A stretch of 64,000 nt of DNA, from IMG/VR virus record IMGVR_UViG_3300005253_000051, positions 17,506 to 81,505 of that record. The stretch is one strand, 5' to 3'. Shown piece after piece: positions 1 through 9,835 of the stretch; the stretch's first letter is position 1; the number at the start of each line of letters is the position of its first letter. The stretch comes from a virus. The position numbers and the translations under genes were made by a program. The notes beneath the pieces are model-generated. The model worked only from the letters and a program-made list of their open reading frames with translations, ran no database searches and had not been told where the DNA came from.

Positions 1-300
1 GTCGGTGGCGGCGCGAGCTGCGCAAGCGGCGGCGCGAGCGGCGGCGTAGGCGGAATCGGCGTCGGTGGAGTCGGTGGCGGCATAGTCGGTGGCATAGGCG
101 GAGTAGATGGCGGCACGAGCACCGGCACGAGCGGTAGTACTGCTTATTTGTTCCCCGTTCACATAGCTCTCTGCAATCTCAATTGCAGTCACGACACCGG
201 ATCGTCGTTCGCCGCCGTAAAACGGCAACGCCAGACGAGCACACGCGGCGGCGAATCCGGTGGCATTTCGCAAGTCGTTCCATTTGCGTTCGTATTTCAT
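1..300 (-). CDS. Ala-rich Imm5-like paralog, copy 1 (runs off the window start)
   Basis: Manual translation MKYERKWNDLRNATGFAAACARLALPFYGGERRSGVVTAIEIAESY matches the N-terminus of the other copies. Confidence 0.8.
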   Translation of the reverse strand, partial: MKYERKWNDLRNATGFAAACARLALPFYGGERRSGVVTAIEIAESYVNGEQISSTTARAGARAAIYSAYATDYAATDSTDADSAYAAARAAACAARAATD

Positions 301-839
301 ACGTACGGAATCCAGCCTTTTCCAAACAGAACGCTGCGGCACTTGTCACACGTGATCGAGAGATCACTTCCTGAGATGTTGTCGCGGGCGCCGCAGTAGG
401 CTGTAAGCGGGTAGCAGCTATTTTCGGCGTGTTTGGGTTCCCATCGGCCGGGCTCGGGCAGACCGCCGGCATACTCGATTAGCTCGTAGACGCGCTGCTG
501 CTGTCCACGCGGGAAGTAGTGCGCCCAGAACTGATCGTGAAACGGATCATTGGTGCTCTTGCGGTAGTTGCATGAGCTACACGCAGGAACGCAGTTGCCC
601 AACACCGAGTGACCGCCGCGCCCGAGCGGCACGAAGTGCTCCAGCTGAAGCGGCCGGGTTTCGCACGAAACGCCGCAATAGGCGCACGTGTACTCGAAAA
701 ATTCGAGCGTGTAGCGCCATTCATCAAGCGTAATGCGGGCTATGTAGCCGCGTCTGCGAGCTTCTGTACGCGCGTTGGTCGCTTGGTACGTGGCGTACTT
801 GTAATGGGCGTCGCGGCCGTATCTGGGTCTTCGAGCCAT
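297..839 (-). CDS. HNH endonuclease
   Basis: CAYC...LEHFVPLGRGG...GNCVPACSSCNYRK, an HNH/McrA-type motif. Confidence 0.9.
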   Translation of the reverse strand: MARRPRYGRDAHYKYATYQATNARTEARRRGYIARITLDEWRYTLEFFEYTCAYCGVSCETRPLQLEHFVPLGRGGHSVLGNCVPACSSCNYRKSTNDPFHDQFWAHYFPRGQQQRVYELIEYAGGLPEPGRWEPKHAENSCYPLTAYCGARDNISGSDLSITCDKCRSVLFGKGWIPYV

Positions 840-843
840 GATT

Positions 844-1341
844 TCATCCTGCTAAGAGTTCTTTGGCTAGGTTCTCATCCCCGGCTATGATCGCAGCACC
901 CGCGGCTTGGCGCAGCTCTGTGTCAAAATCTTGACCGCCGCTGAGATCTCGGGTGACCCAGCGAGCGAAAGCGATTTGCAACTCGCTGTCACAGACGCCA
1001 GCACGGGAAGCGTAAACGGCGGCGCGAATGGCGTCGTCGGCGGCGTTGGCGGCGTTGGCGTAGGTGATGTCGGCAGCGTAGCCGGCAGCATAGGCGGCAA
1101 CACGAGCGGCATCGGCCGCGCCGCTCGCGTCGGCGGCGCGAGCGACGTGAAGGGCGTTAGCGGCGGCATAGGCGTCGGTAGCGTTTATTTGTTCGTCCTC
1201 TGCAATCTCGATCGCGACTACGACAACAGATCGTCGATCTCCCCTGTAAAACGGCAGTGCTAGACGCGCACACGTGGCGGCGAATCCGACCGCGTTCCGC
1301 TGATCAGCCCACTTTCGATCCCATTTAGGTCGTTGAACCAT
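844..1341 (-). CDS. Ala-rich Imm5-like paralog, copy 2
   Basis: NAVGFAATCARLALPFY...AIEIAE, an Ala-rich core and C-terminal ELRQAAGAAIIAGDENLAKELL. Confidence 0.8.
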   Translation of the reverse strand: MVQRPKWDRKWADQRNAVGFAATCARLALPFYRGDRRSVVVVAIEIAEDEQINATDAYAAANALHVARAADASGAADAARVAAYAAGYAADITYANAANAADDAIRAAVYASRAGVCDSELQIAFARWVTRDLSGGQDFDTELRQAAGAAIIAGDENLAKELLAG

Positions 1342-1364
1342 GGATCCACCCTATCAAAAATAAC

Positions 1365-1387
1365 TAAAGTAGACAACGTCTACTTTA
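1365..1387. terminator. Intergenic hairpin (terminator or operator)
   Basis: TAAAGTAGAC-AAC-GTCTACTTTA, a perfect 10-bp stem in an intergenic gap. Confidence 0.5.
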
Positions 1388-1460
1388 CGTCCGTATCGTT
1401 GAGAAATACGGACGTAGGCTGGTTCTTGGGCCGCGCCAAATGCCTGTGAATCCGAGCTGG

Positions 1461-1972
1461 TTATGCGAGTATCTCACGAGCGAGATCTTCATCGCCTGCC
1501 ACGATCGCGGCGCCCGCGGCTTGGCGGGTTGCCTCGTCGATGGGCCACCGTGGGCTGATATCCCGTACGATCCAGCGCGCGAACGCCACATCCATATCGT
1601 GGGCATCGACGCCAGCTTTGATAGCGCGAGCGATGACGCCCCTGGTTTGGGTAGCGTACCGGGTAATAGCACCCTTGGCTTTTGTGAGTGCGCGATTAGC
1701 TATATAAAGGTCCTGTCTGGCTTCTACGATTGCGCGATTAGCATCGCTGAAAGTTGCTTTGACGATGCTTAAATCATCGTTGCTAGAGGCCGGACCGAAG
1801 GCTTTATCAGCGATATCCCAGGCATTTTTGGCAGTCTTAACAGCTTTGATAGCAGTTTTCTGAATTGCCTTGGCGAGAAGTAATTCTCTTTCGTAGAACG
1901 GCAGTGCCAAACGGGTGCATTCAGCCTCGAACTCAAACTCGTTTTTCAGATTAGCCCATTCACGTTTGTAGT

Positions 1973-1976
<4 letters not shown>
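1461..1976 (-). CDS. Imm5-like paralog, copy 3, with a replaced central segment
   Basis: Conserved ECTRLALPFY and FARWIVRD...RQAAGAAIVAGDEDLARE ends; the middle is an unrelated, AT-richer helical segment. Confidence 0.8.
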
Positions 1977-2461
<485 letters not shown>

Positions 2462-2467
2462 CCCGCC

Positions 2468-2719
2468 TCACCCCGTCGCCAAGTACAACCGGCGGCGCTG
2501 CGATCGTGACATTCGCAGCATCATGACCATGATCCGCGCCCCGGCCCAATCGTATTGGCTCATGCAGCGGTCAAAGCACCACTGCACGTCCTTGAGTTTG
2601 ATGTTCCCGTCGTCCAGTACCACGTGCAGGTTACCGCCCGCCTCGTTCCCGGGTCGCGCGTAGTAGACCTGGATCAACGCCAGCACTTCAGGAACGATCG
2701 GTTTTTCTGGATGCTTCAT
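2468..2719 (-). CDS. Hypothetical phage protein
   Basis: Co-oriented ORF containing GGNLHVVLDDGN. Confidence 0.6.
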   Translation of the reverse strand: MKHPEKPIVPEVLALIQVYYARPGNEAGGNLHVVLDDGNIKLKDVQWCFDRCMSQYDWAGARIMVMMLRMSRSQRRRLYLATG

Positions 2720-2927
2720 CAGCCCACTTGCGCCAGCCATAGAGGTTGATACAGAAGAACGTCATCGCATTCGCAATCATCGACGGACTCCATATTTGGT
2801 AAGCGTAGATGCCCCACAAAACGATGCTCGCAATGCGAACGATCCAACCTTCGATTCGTTTCCAGGCGAGCAAAAGGTTGCCGAATACGTTGAGCGCGAA
2901 TGCTAAAAACCCGACGATTTCGATCAT
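2688..2927 (-). CDS. Small PnuC-like membrane protein
   Basis: Three hydrophobic helices ending in NLYGWRKW, as in half-size PnuC-like phage proteins. Confidence 0.6.
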   Translation of the reverse strand: MIEIVGFLAFALNVFGNLLLAWKRIEGWIVRIASIVLWGIYAYQIWSPSMIANAMTFFCINLYGWRKWADEASRKTDRS

Positions 2928-3138
2928 GCCTCTAGCAACTTGATGGCGCGCGAGATCTGTACGAGCGGTCGATCGTGCTCAGCGGCCCACGTCACCGATT
3001 GAACGCCCAACACCACCACCGGCAATTCCCGTACGAGATCACGAAAGCATCCGAGGCAGCGCCAATGCAGGCAAGTCTCGGGATGCTTGACCTTGAACGC
3101 GCGCGGGCGCTTCCGACAGTACTCGCAGAGTAGGGGCA

Positions 3139-3456
3139 TCAGCTTTTCTGGAATACCCATTTGGCTTCGTAACTTTCGTTGTAACCAGGCTTGTCATACA
3201 TCACTTGCCATCCGGCGGCGCGGAACATTCCTTCGATGTCAAGCCATCCCCTATCGAAGATACACGTTCGATCGAGTCCAGCATCGACTAATCGTTTCAC
3301 CACTTCGTTTTGAAGGATGGTTACATATCCGTTGCGGTAGTTCTCACAAATGAGATCGTTGAACACCTCGATCACGACACTAGGAATGGTTTCTTTTTTG
3401 TGAGCTGCTGCTTCGTCGGGTCGTATGGGTCTATCCATGGAAGTCCTCCATTTCAT
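3139..3456 (-). CDS. Hypothetical phage protein
   Basis: Co-oriented ORF abutting its neighbours. Confidence 0.6.
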   Translation of the reverse strand: MKWRTSMDRPIRPDEAAAHKKETIPSVVIEVFNDLICENYRNGYVTILQNEVVKRLVDAGLDRTCIFDRGWLDIEGMFRAAGWQVMYDKPGYNESYEAKWVFQKS

Positions 3457-3935
3457 CAATGCCTCCTGGCTGAGAGCACGTTCCGGGCGCCTGAGATCGC
3501 GCGCTCGTCCCACAGCAGTGACGGCATGTACGGCGCACGCCAGTACTTCGCCACTTTTTCAGCGAGCGCGACGCTGAAGGTTGTGTACGGTGGATCGTCG
3601 AACTCGAAGCGTTCGATATCGATAGGGCGCTCGCAGTCTTCGGTGCACAGATTGAAATTCGGAGCGCCTGCTATCGACAGCGTTTTGTTGTAGGTCGAGT
3701 GGCCCTGCGGCAGCACTTTGTCGTCAAGGGCGTAGTCGATCGACGGCAGCATGAAATCGAACACGTGCCAGGAACACACGGGCCCGTAGCCAATGGCACG
3801 ATATCGGTACATTTCATGAGCGCTGAGGGGAGGGGGGTGATCGGACAGCGCCAACGCGAAACTCGACGTGCGCACGTCGTTGACGGTCACGTAGTTGAGG
3901 TTGGTGAAGAGGATGTACGTTATTTTGCTCATCAC
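3456..3935 (-). CDS. Hypothetical protein
   Basis: Translationally coupled 159-aa ORF. Confidence 0.6.
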   Translation of the reverse strand: MMSKITYILFTNLNYVTVNDVRTSSFALALSDHPPPLSAHEMYRYRAIGYGPVCSWHVFDFMLPSIDYALDDKVLPQGHSTYNKTLSIAGAPNFNLCTEDCERPIDIERFEFDDPPYTTFSVALAEKVAKYWRAPYMPSLLWDERAISGARNVLSARRH

Positions 3936-4486
3936 CTGTGGACGCTACGCCTTCGGGAATATTCAAGCAGCTGCCGGGCTAGATCCTCATCGCCGGCCAC
4001 GACGGCTGCGCCCGCGGCAGCGCGTAGTTCTTCGTCTAAATCTCGACCACGGCTGAGATCTCGGATGACCCAGCGTGCAAAGGCGATCTGAATCTCACTG
4101 GAATCGACACCAGCGTGAGAAGCGTCGGCGGCGGCGTAGGTGACATAGGCGGCAGCGGAGTCGTCGGTATAGGGGGAGTTGGTAGCGTGAGCGGCGGCCC
4201 AAGCGGTAGCACTGGCGACGCGAGCAGCGTCGGCGGCGGCATAGGCGGCAGTGGCGGCATAGGCGGCGCGGGTGGCGCGGGCGGCAGCGCGAGGGGCGCC
4301 GCGAGCGGCGGCGCTAGCAGCGGCACTATCTATTTGCTTCTTGTTCGCATAGCGCTCCGCAATCTTGATTGCAGCTATGACAGCAGATTGTTGATCGCCG
4401 TTATAAAACGGCAGCGCCAGACGCGCGCATTCAACTGCGAATCCAACTGCATTGCGGAGATTACTCCATTTCCGATCGTATTTCAC
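3932..4486 (-). CDS. Ala-rich Imm5-like paralog, copy 5
   Basis: GTG start, then KYDRKWSNLRNAVGFAVECARLALPFY; conserved C-terminus. Confidence 0.8.
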   Translation of the reverse strand: MKYDRKWSNLRNAVGFAVECARLALPFYNGDQQSAVIAAIKIAERYANKKQIDSAAASAAARGAPRAAARATRAAYAATAAYAAADAARVASATAWAAAHATNSPYTDDSAAAYVTYAAADASHAGVDSSEIQIAFARWVIRDLSRGRDLDEELRAAAGAAVVAGDEDLARQLLEYSRRRSVHR

Positions 4487-4695
4487 GCACTCCGCCCCCA
4501 CGCCAATTCGTTGCACCGAATTTCATCTTTACAACGAGGACAGAAAACAACTTTCCACATGATATCCGGGGTCTCTCGGTCGTACACCGTGCGTATATCA
4601 GAAGGCTCGTATTCTGCAAGCACGAGACAGTTGCGGCACCGCGCACGCGCTACGACATTCACCTTATTCGGATCTTCTATGATTTTAGCCATCAC
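4483..4695 (-). CDS. Small Zn-ribbon protein
   Basis: CRNC...CPRC. Confidence 0.55.
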   Translation of the reverse strand: MMAKIIEDPNKVNVVARARCRNCLVLAEYEPSDIRTVYDRETPDIMWKVVFCPRCKDEIRCNELAWGRSA

Positions 4696-5327
4696 TTGAT
4701 CGCACTGAGCACCAGCTCAGTTTGAAATCCCGTCGCGGCGTAGTCGTCGGCGTGCATCGGCGGCTGAAAGTGAAGTATGACAACTTCCTTGCCTTTCGCG
4801 GCGCGCACGATGCCCAACAGATGGGTCTGCGACTCCGGCGCGTTTTCGTCCTCGGGGATATAGCTCCAATACTGGCTCATGGTCTTGGCTACCGAGTGAA
4901 CTGGGAACTTCGTGGTGTAGTCGAACGCACAGACAGAATCGGGGCTGTATTTGGCGTTGATGAACGCTCGAAGCCGCGCCTCGCCCAGATCTCGATCTGT
5001 TTTATGCTCCGGACCCGGATCGGGAATCGTGAGCACATGAGATCTAATTTCCTCGAACCTATCGGGTCGTACGTCGTAGCTGTTGAGCTGAAGCGCGGCG
5101 CCTGCGAAGTACGAGTAGCCGAGCACCTTGCCTGTTTTTACGGCCACGATTTCAATCGCGAGATCACCCGGTTCGGCGGTGACGGATTTGCCTCGAAACG
5201 GGCGTCGCCGCTCTACCGCGTTGAGCGTTTGTGAATTAGTCTCAACCGGGTGCGCATGAATGACGCGCAGAAGACGCCCGCCGCGCACGTGGACCCAGCC
5301 GAACCGCTTGCGTAGTGAGAGCTTCAT
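4692..5327 (-). CDS. Hypothetical protein
   Basis: Coupled ORF starting MKLSLRKRFG. Confidence 0.6.
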   Translation of the reverse strand: MKLSLRKRFGWVHVRGGRLLRVIHAHPVETNSQTLNAVERRRPFRGKSVTAEPGDLAIEIVAVKTGKVLGYSYFAGAALQLNSYDVRPDRFEEIRSHVLTIPDPGPEHKTDRDLGEARLRAFINAKYSPDSVCAFDYTTKFPVHSVAKTMSQYWSYIPEDENAPESQTHLLGIVRAAKGKEVVILHFQPPMHADDYAATGFQTELVLSAIK

Positions 5328-5863
5328 TGAAGCCTCCTGAACCGTGACATAAATTCTCGCCGCGCGGTTTCCACCGACCACCCTTCGATCCGGTCCTTCA
5401 ACGGCTCGACTCCCTCAAGCACCTCCCACTCCTTCCAACAGGGCTCCATCAGATCACGCTTCTCGGTCGCCAGCATGATGAGATCAGCTCGTTTGATCTC
5501 ATCAACCGCATCCAATCGCTCCATGAGTGATTCCCGAGAAAAAAACTTCTCGAACACAGCGCTCTCAACTCGCTTTTCTATGCGCCGGAAGTCGGGAAGC
5601 ATGTACTTGAGCGGCGCCACCATATCGCCGGTGTAGGCTTCGGCCGCATCGTGCAGTAGCGCGGTGAGCTGGCCGGCTTTGCTACCAGTGATGATATCGC
5701 ACACGTAGCAGGAGTGCTGCGCGACCGAGTAGAACTCGGTGCAGTGACCGTTGAACCGGCACTGCTTTGACAGCGCGTGGGCGATGTCCTCGATGTTGAT
5801 TGCGTCCGGGGACGGGTCCTCGAAATCGAATACCTGCCCGCTTCTAGTTTGAAACCAGGTCAT
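5324..5863 (-). CDS. HD-domain phosphohydrolase (YfbR-like deoxynucleotidase)
   Basis: RFNGH, SVAQHS, LLHDAAEAYTGD and KRAD motifs. Confidence 0.9.
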   Translation of the reverse strand: MTWFQTRSGQVFDFEDPSPDAINIEDIAHALSKQCRFNGHCTEFYSVAQHSCYVCDIITGSKAGQLTALLHDAAEAYTGDMVAPLKYMLPDFRRIEKRVESAVFEKFFSRESLMERLDAVDEIKRADLIMLATEKRDLMEPCWKEWEVLEGVEPLKDRIEGWSVETARREFMSRFRRLQ

Positions 5864-6922
5864 GTTTGTTTCCTTCTTTGGAATTCATGGTACGGGGACC
5901 AAAACGTGGTCGGATCGAGGCTCTAGGTAGGGATCGAGTATGGTTCGTTCCAATCTCCGCCGATCAGCCCGTAGTAGAGTTTGCGCGCAGACTTTTCATC
6001 GGCTGCACGAAGTGTAAAATCCGGTCCCTGGGTAAACTGAACATCGACTGTCCACGGACAACCGTGCTTGGGATGGAGCTTATCTGGCATGTTTTCCCAG
6101 CTGCATATATCGACACGTGCGATTATGCGCACCATGGTTTTCTTCTTCACTACTGCCCTCCACCGGTTTTGCGCTCATCGAACAATCGATCTCGTTTGCG
6201 ATCAAGTGCTTCGATTTGCTGCACGAGTTTGCGCATCTTCTTGTCTTTCATTCGTTGTCTCCTGGCGGCCGGCGGCGCGGCCGGGTGCGGCGCAGTCGTC
6301 ACACTTCACCGATTCGCGATCCCGAACACTCGCTCAAACACTGAAGAGTCCATGCTCCAGAACCATTCGGGCTCGTCTTCGAGCCAGCAACGGAAAAGGT
6401 AATGGTTCTTTGGCCGGAATGCCCGTATGCGTACACCTTCCTTCGAGACGTACGTAACGGCGCTGTTCTTCAGTTTCTTTTCCTCGGCTAGTTCTTGCTG
6501 GCCTTTCAAGAAACCGAGTTTGGCGACTTCTGCCACCTCTTCGAGTGTCCATTCGATGTTACCGTATCGGGCGGCTTGGGTTGCTTGACGATAGATTTCT
6601 TGCAGCAGCGTTGATGGCATTGTTTAGTCCTTTCGACGGTTTTTCAGCTCCCTCTCGAACTCGTAGATCTTGTCTTCCTAGTCCTCCGGCAAAAGCTCGA
6701 CTTGGCACTCCGGGAACTTTTTCGCTCGTGCGTCTTGATGGGCGCGTAGTTGCCGGGCTCTATTCAGTGCATCCTCCGCTCTAAATGCTGCTGTCGTAGC
6801 AGAGTCTTCAGCCTGGCACGCGCCGCAGATCTCGTTCCAGTTGGCTCCCTGAACGCGCACGCGCCGTTTGTACCCACAACGAGTACACGCCTTAGCTTCG
6901 ATGGTCGTGGGGATTCCCATGG

Positions 6923-7150
6923 TTACTGCGGCACCACGGCCAAACCGATAGGTCTTTTCCAGATGAGCCTATGCGACGCTATAGAGGTAACAAGCTCCCA
7001 CCCGTCGGCTCCCAACTTGTTCAGTTCGTCTTTTTGAGGGTACTCTTGTTGAGAATACCGCCAGGACGTTACCTTGTACTCCCAGCGCTTCGTTGAAATA
7101 TCTGTATACATGGCCGCTTGGACGCACCCCGCGCCGCCGTATTCAAGCAT
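6923..7150 (-). CDS. DUF4177-like protein
   Basis: WEYKV...LNKLGADGWELV. Confidence 0.7.
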   Translation of the reverse strand: MLEYGGAGCVQAAMYTDISTKRWEYKVTSWRYSQQEYPQKDELNKLGADGWELVTSIASHRLIWKRPIGLAVVPQ

Positions 7151-7643
7151 TCACGATATCGTGAGCAGTTTTCGACAGCTCCAACACCGTCGTACCCACC
7201 AGCTCGGCCGCTAGCTCGGTGGCGCCGCCGTACGCCGCGGCCAGCGCCGCACTTCTCAGCTCGGCATCGAGCCCCTTGTCGTGCGCCGCAAGACGCACGG
7301 CCCAGCGTACCGCGGCTTGGAATCGCTTCTCCTGTTGCTCACGGTACCGGCCGTAGACGTAGCCTTGCGCGAATTGCGCGGACTCTAAGTATTCTTGGGC
7401 CACGCGGGGATCGTCGCAGAAGATCGCGGACAAGATACGAGCCATGGCGAGATTGCTTCCCAGTCTCCCTGCGCGCTCGTCGATCGCGTCTCGAATTTCG
7501 TCCAGATCAGCTTTTGCGAACTCGGCGCCCGCGGCGTAGTCGAGCACCGCGTTGATGCCGCGTTCAAGTACGAGATCAACGTGTGCGTCGTCGCGTACCA
7601 GCTCAGCAATGAGCCCCAGTTTCATTCTGAACAGGTCTTCCAT
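7143..7643 (-). CDS. Helical protein with a C-terminus related to the Imm5-like paralogs
   Basis: VRWAVRLAAHDKGLDAELRSAALAAAYGGATELAAEL resembles ARWVVRDLS..LDEELRQAAGAAIVAGDEDLARQL. Confidence 0.55.
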   Translation of the reverse strand: MEDLFRMKLGLIAELVRDDAHVDLVLERGINAVLDYAAGAEFAKADLDEIRDAIDERAGRLGSNLAMARILSAIFCDDPRVAQEYLESAQFAQGYVYGRYREQQEKRFQAAVRWAVRLAAHDKGLDAELRSAALAAAYGGATELAAELVGTTVLELSKTAHDIVNA

Positions 7644-8098
7644 CGTGTTACACTCCTTGTGGATGCCACAGACCCCCGGCTGTGTTTTTTAGATAGTTCC
7701 CGGGTGGCTTACTACACCTATGATCAAGTAGAACACCAAGCGTGGAGGGGCCACGATGCGGTACAAGATCTGATTTTGGCCGCCCTGCCGTCGCATCCGG
7801 GTAGGGTGGCTTTTTTCATGATTCGCTATCCTTGAGAATGGCGTCCACCCACGGAGGGGGCTGCTTTTCTGAGTCGGCCGTGGCTTCTTTCCCCCACTCG
7901 AAGCCATCCTGGATCTCTTTATTCAAGAGCACCCACGCTGTATGAGCTGTGCAACAGAGCGACAAGAAAACCTCGCTCAGCACGTGCCCGCTCTTCATGA
8001 GTTTTTCTGCCGTGATATCGGCGCTCTCAGAAACGTTGGCGAGCAATCGCATCGCTCCTTCTAGATCATTTTCAAGATCGAACAGGTCTTCTTCCATT

Positions 8099-8317
8099 TC
8101 ACCCCGTATTCACGATTTTCTGTTTCAGCGTCGAGAACCCAATCCCGAGCTTCTTGGCTGCGCGGTCGCGGTTTCCGTCGCTCTTGGCGAGCACAAAGTT
8201 GGTGTAGAATTTCTCGAACGCATGGCGGGCTCGACGCAGATGCCACGGTCGCTTTATCGAGATCAGGGTATTGATCAGCGTGTCCACTTGGGTTTTGAGC
8301 TGTTTTTCTGGTGTCAT
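8099..8317 (-). CDS. Fis-family helix-turn-helix protein
   Basis: FEKFY...LAKSDGNRDRAAKKLGIGFSTLKQKI is a Fis/NtrC-type HTH. Confidence 0.85.
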   Translation of the reverse strand: MTPEKQLKTQVDTLINTLISIKRPWHLRRARHAFEKFYTNFVLAKSDGNRDRAAKKLGIGFSTLKQKIVNTG

Positions 8318-8367
8318 TTTTTGAGACTTACCACAAAAAGGCTAGAAATTCAACTGTGCCACTCGCG

Positions 8368-9835
8368 GTCGCATCTTGAAAGGCGATGCGCTGCCATTGC
8401 TAGTTCGTCGAGAACTGCGACGAGCCCGTCGCATCTTGAAAGGCGATGCGCTGCCATTGCTACGTCGCGTGCCACGCGCCAGGAGACGAGTTGGTGTGCC
8501 GTCGCATCTTGAAAGGCGATGCGCTGCCATTGCTACCTTCCTCTCGGCCGCGGGGTCGCATCTTGAAAGGCGATGCGCTGCCATTGCTACAGCACGACCA
8601 ACGTCGTTGGTTACGGCACCGACGTGTCGCATCTTGAAAGGCGATGCACTGCCATTGCTACCGCGAGCCATCGGTAAACAGTCGCTCGGCTCACTCCGTC
8701 GCATCTTGAAAGGCGATGCGCTGCCATTGCTACGTGGCCGACGCGGCGAAGATCCTGGGCGTATCCACGTCGCATCTTGAAAGGCGATGCGCTGCCATTG
8801 CTACCTCCTCGATGTAGTCGCATTCGACGACCGAGCACGAAAGGTCGCATCTTGAAAGGCGATGCGCTGCCATTGCTACTAGACGGACCGTCTTCGAGTA
8901 CCCGTGATCCAGTCCGTCGCACCTTGAAAGGCGATGCGCTGCCATTGCTACCCGCGCTGGGATCAATTCCGTGAGGAGATCAGACTCGACGTCGCATCTT
9001 GAAAGGCGATGCGCTGCCATTGCTACAAACCAGCGGCGGCGTTCGCGTTCGCTCCCTCCCCCAGTCGCATCTTGTAAGGCGATGCGCTGCCATTGCTACG
9101 CACCAACAGCGCGACGACTGCGCAGAATGACTGGGAGTCGCATCTTGTAAGGCGATGCGCTGCCATTGCTACAGCATATCCATGGAGGAGCACCCCGAGC
9201 TATCAGCCAAGGTCGCATCTTAAAAGGCGATGCGCTGCCATTGCTACGGATGCGGTGCGTACGGCGATTGCGTGAGACAAAGTGAGTCGCATCTTAAAAG
9301 GCGATGCGCTGCCATTGCTACCGAGCTGGGCGACGGCGAACAGAAAACAATTCTGGTCGTCGCATCTTAAAAGGCGATGCGCTGCCATTGCTACATGCGG
9401 CGCACGCCGGTGAGAACAATGCTTCCGCGACGTCGCATCTTAAAAGGCGATGCGCTGCCATTGCTACAGGCAACCTGGCCCCTAGTGGAGTGGACAATTC
9501 GACTGGTCGCATCTTAAAAGGCGATGCGCTGCCATTGCTACACGATGACATTTTTGCGTGCCCATTCATCTGGTGCGACGTCGCATCTTAAAAGGCGATG
9601 CGCTGCCATTGCTACGGATCGGTGCTCTAGCAATCAGCCCACGCTCTTTCGCGTCGCATCTTAAAAGGCGATGCGCTGCCATTGCTACCGTGAAGCCTAC
9701 TGGCGACAGAGCTATCCGGGCACCGTGTCGCATCTTAAAAGGCGATGCGCTGCCATTGCTACAGCCCTACGTAAACGTGTCGATCTGCGTTGATCTCGCG
9801 TCGCATCTTGAAAGGCGATGCGCTGCCATTGCTAC
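8368..9835 (-). CRISPR. CRISPR array with 21 repeats of 36 bp and 20 spacers (18 of 35-39 bp, plus one of 24 bp and one of 18 bp)
   Basis: Minus-strand repeat GTAGCAATGGCAGCGCATCGCCTTTCAAGATGCGAC with a 3' hairpin CGCATC/GATGCG; unique spacers; co-oriented with the adjacent RuvC gene. Confidence 0.99.

Noticed and set aside
8404-9799. Self-targeting spacers within the window
   Set aside because: Only a roughly 12-nt chance match was noticed (spacer 1 versus about 36336); no full protospacer was found by eye, and an alignment is needed to be sure
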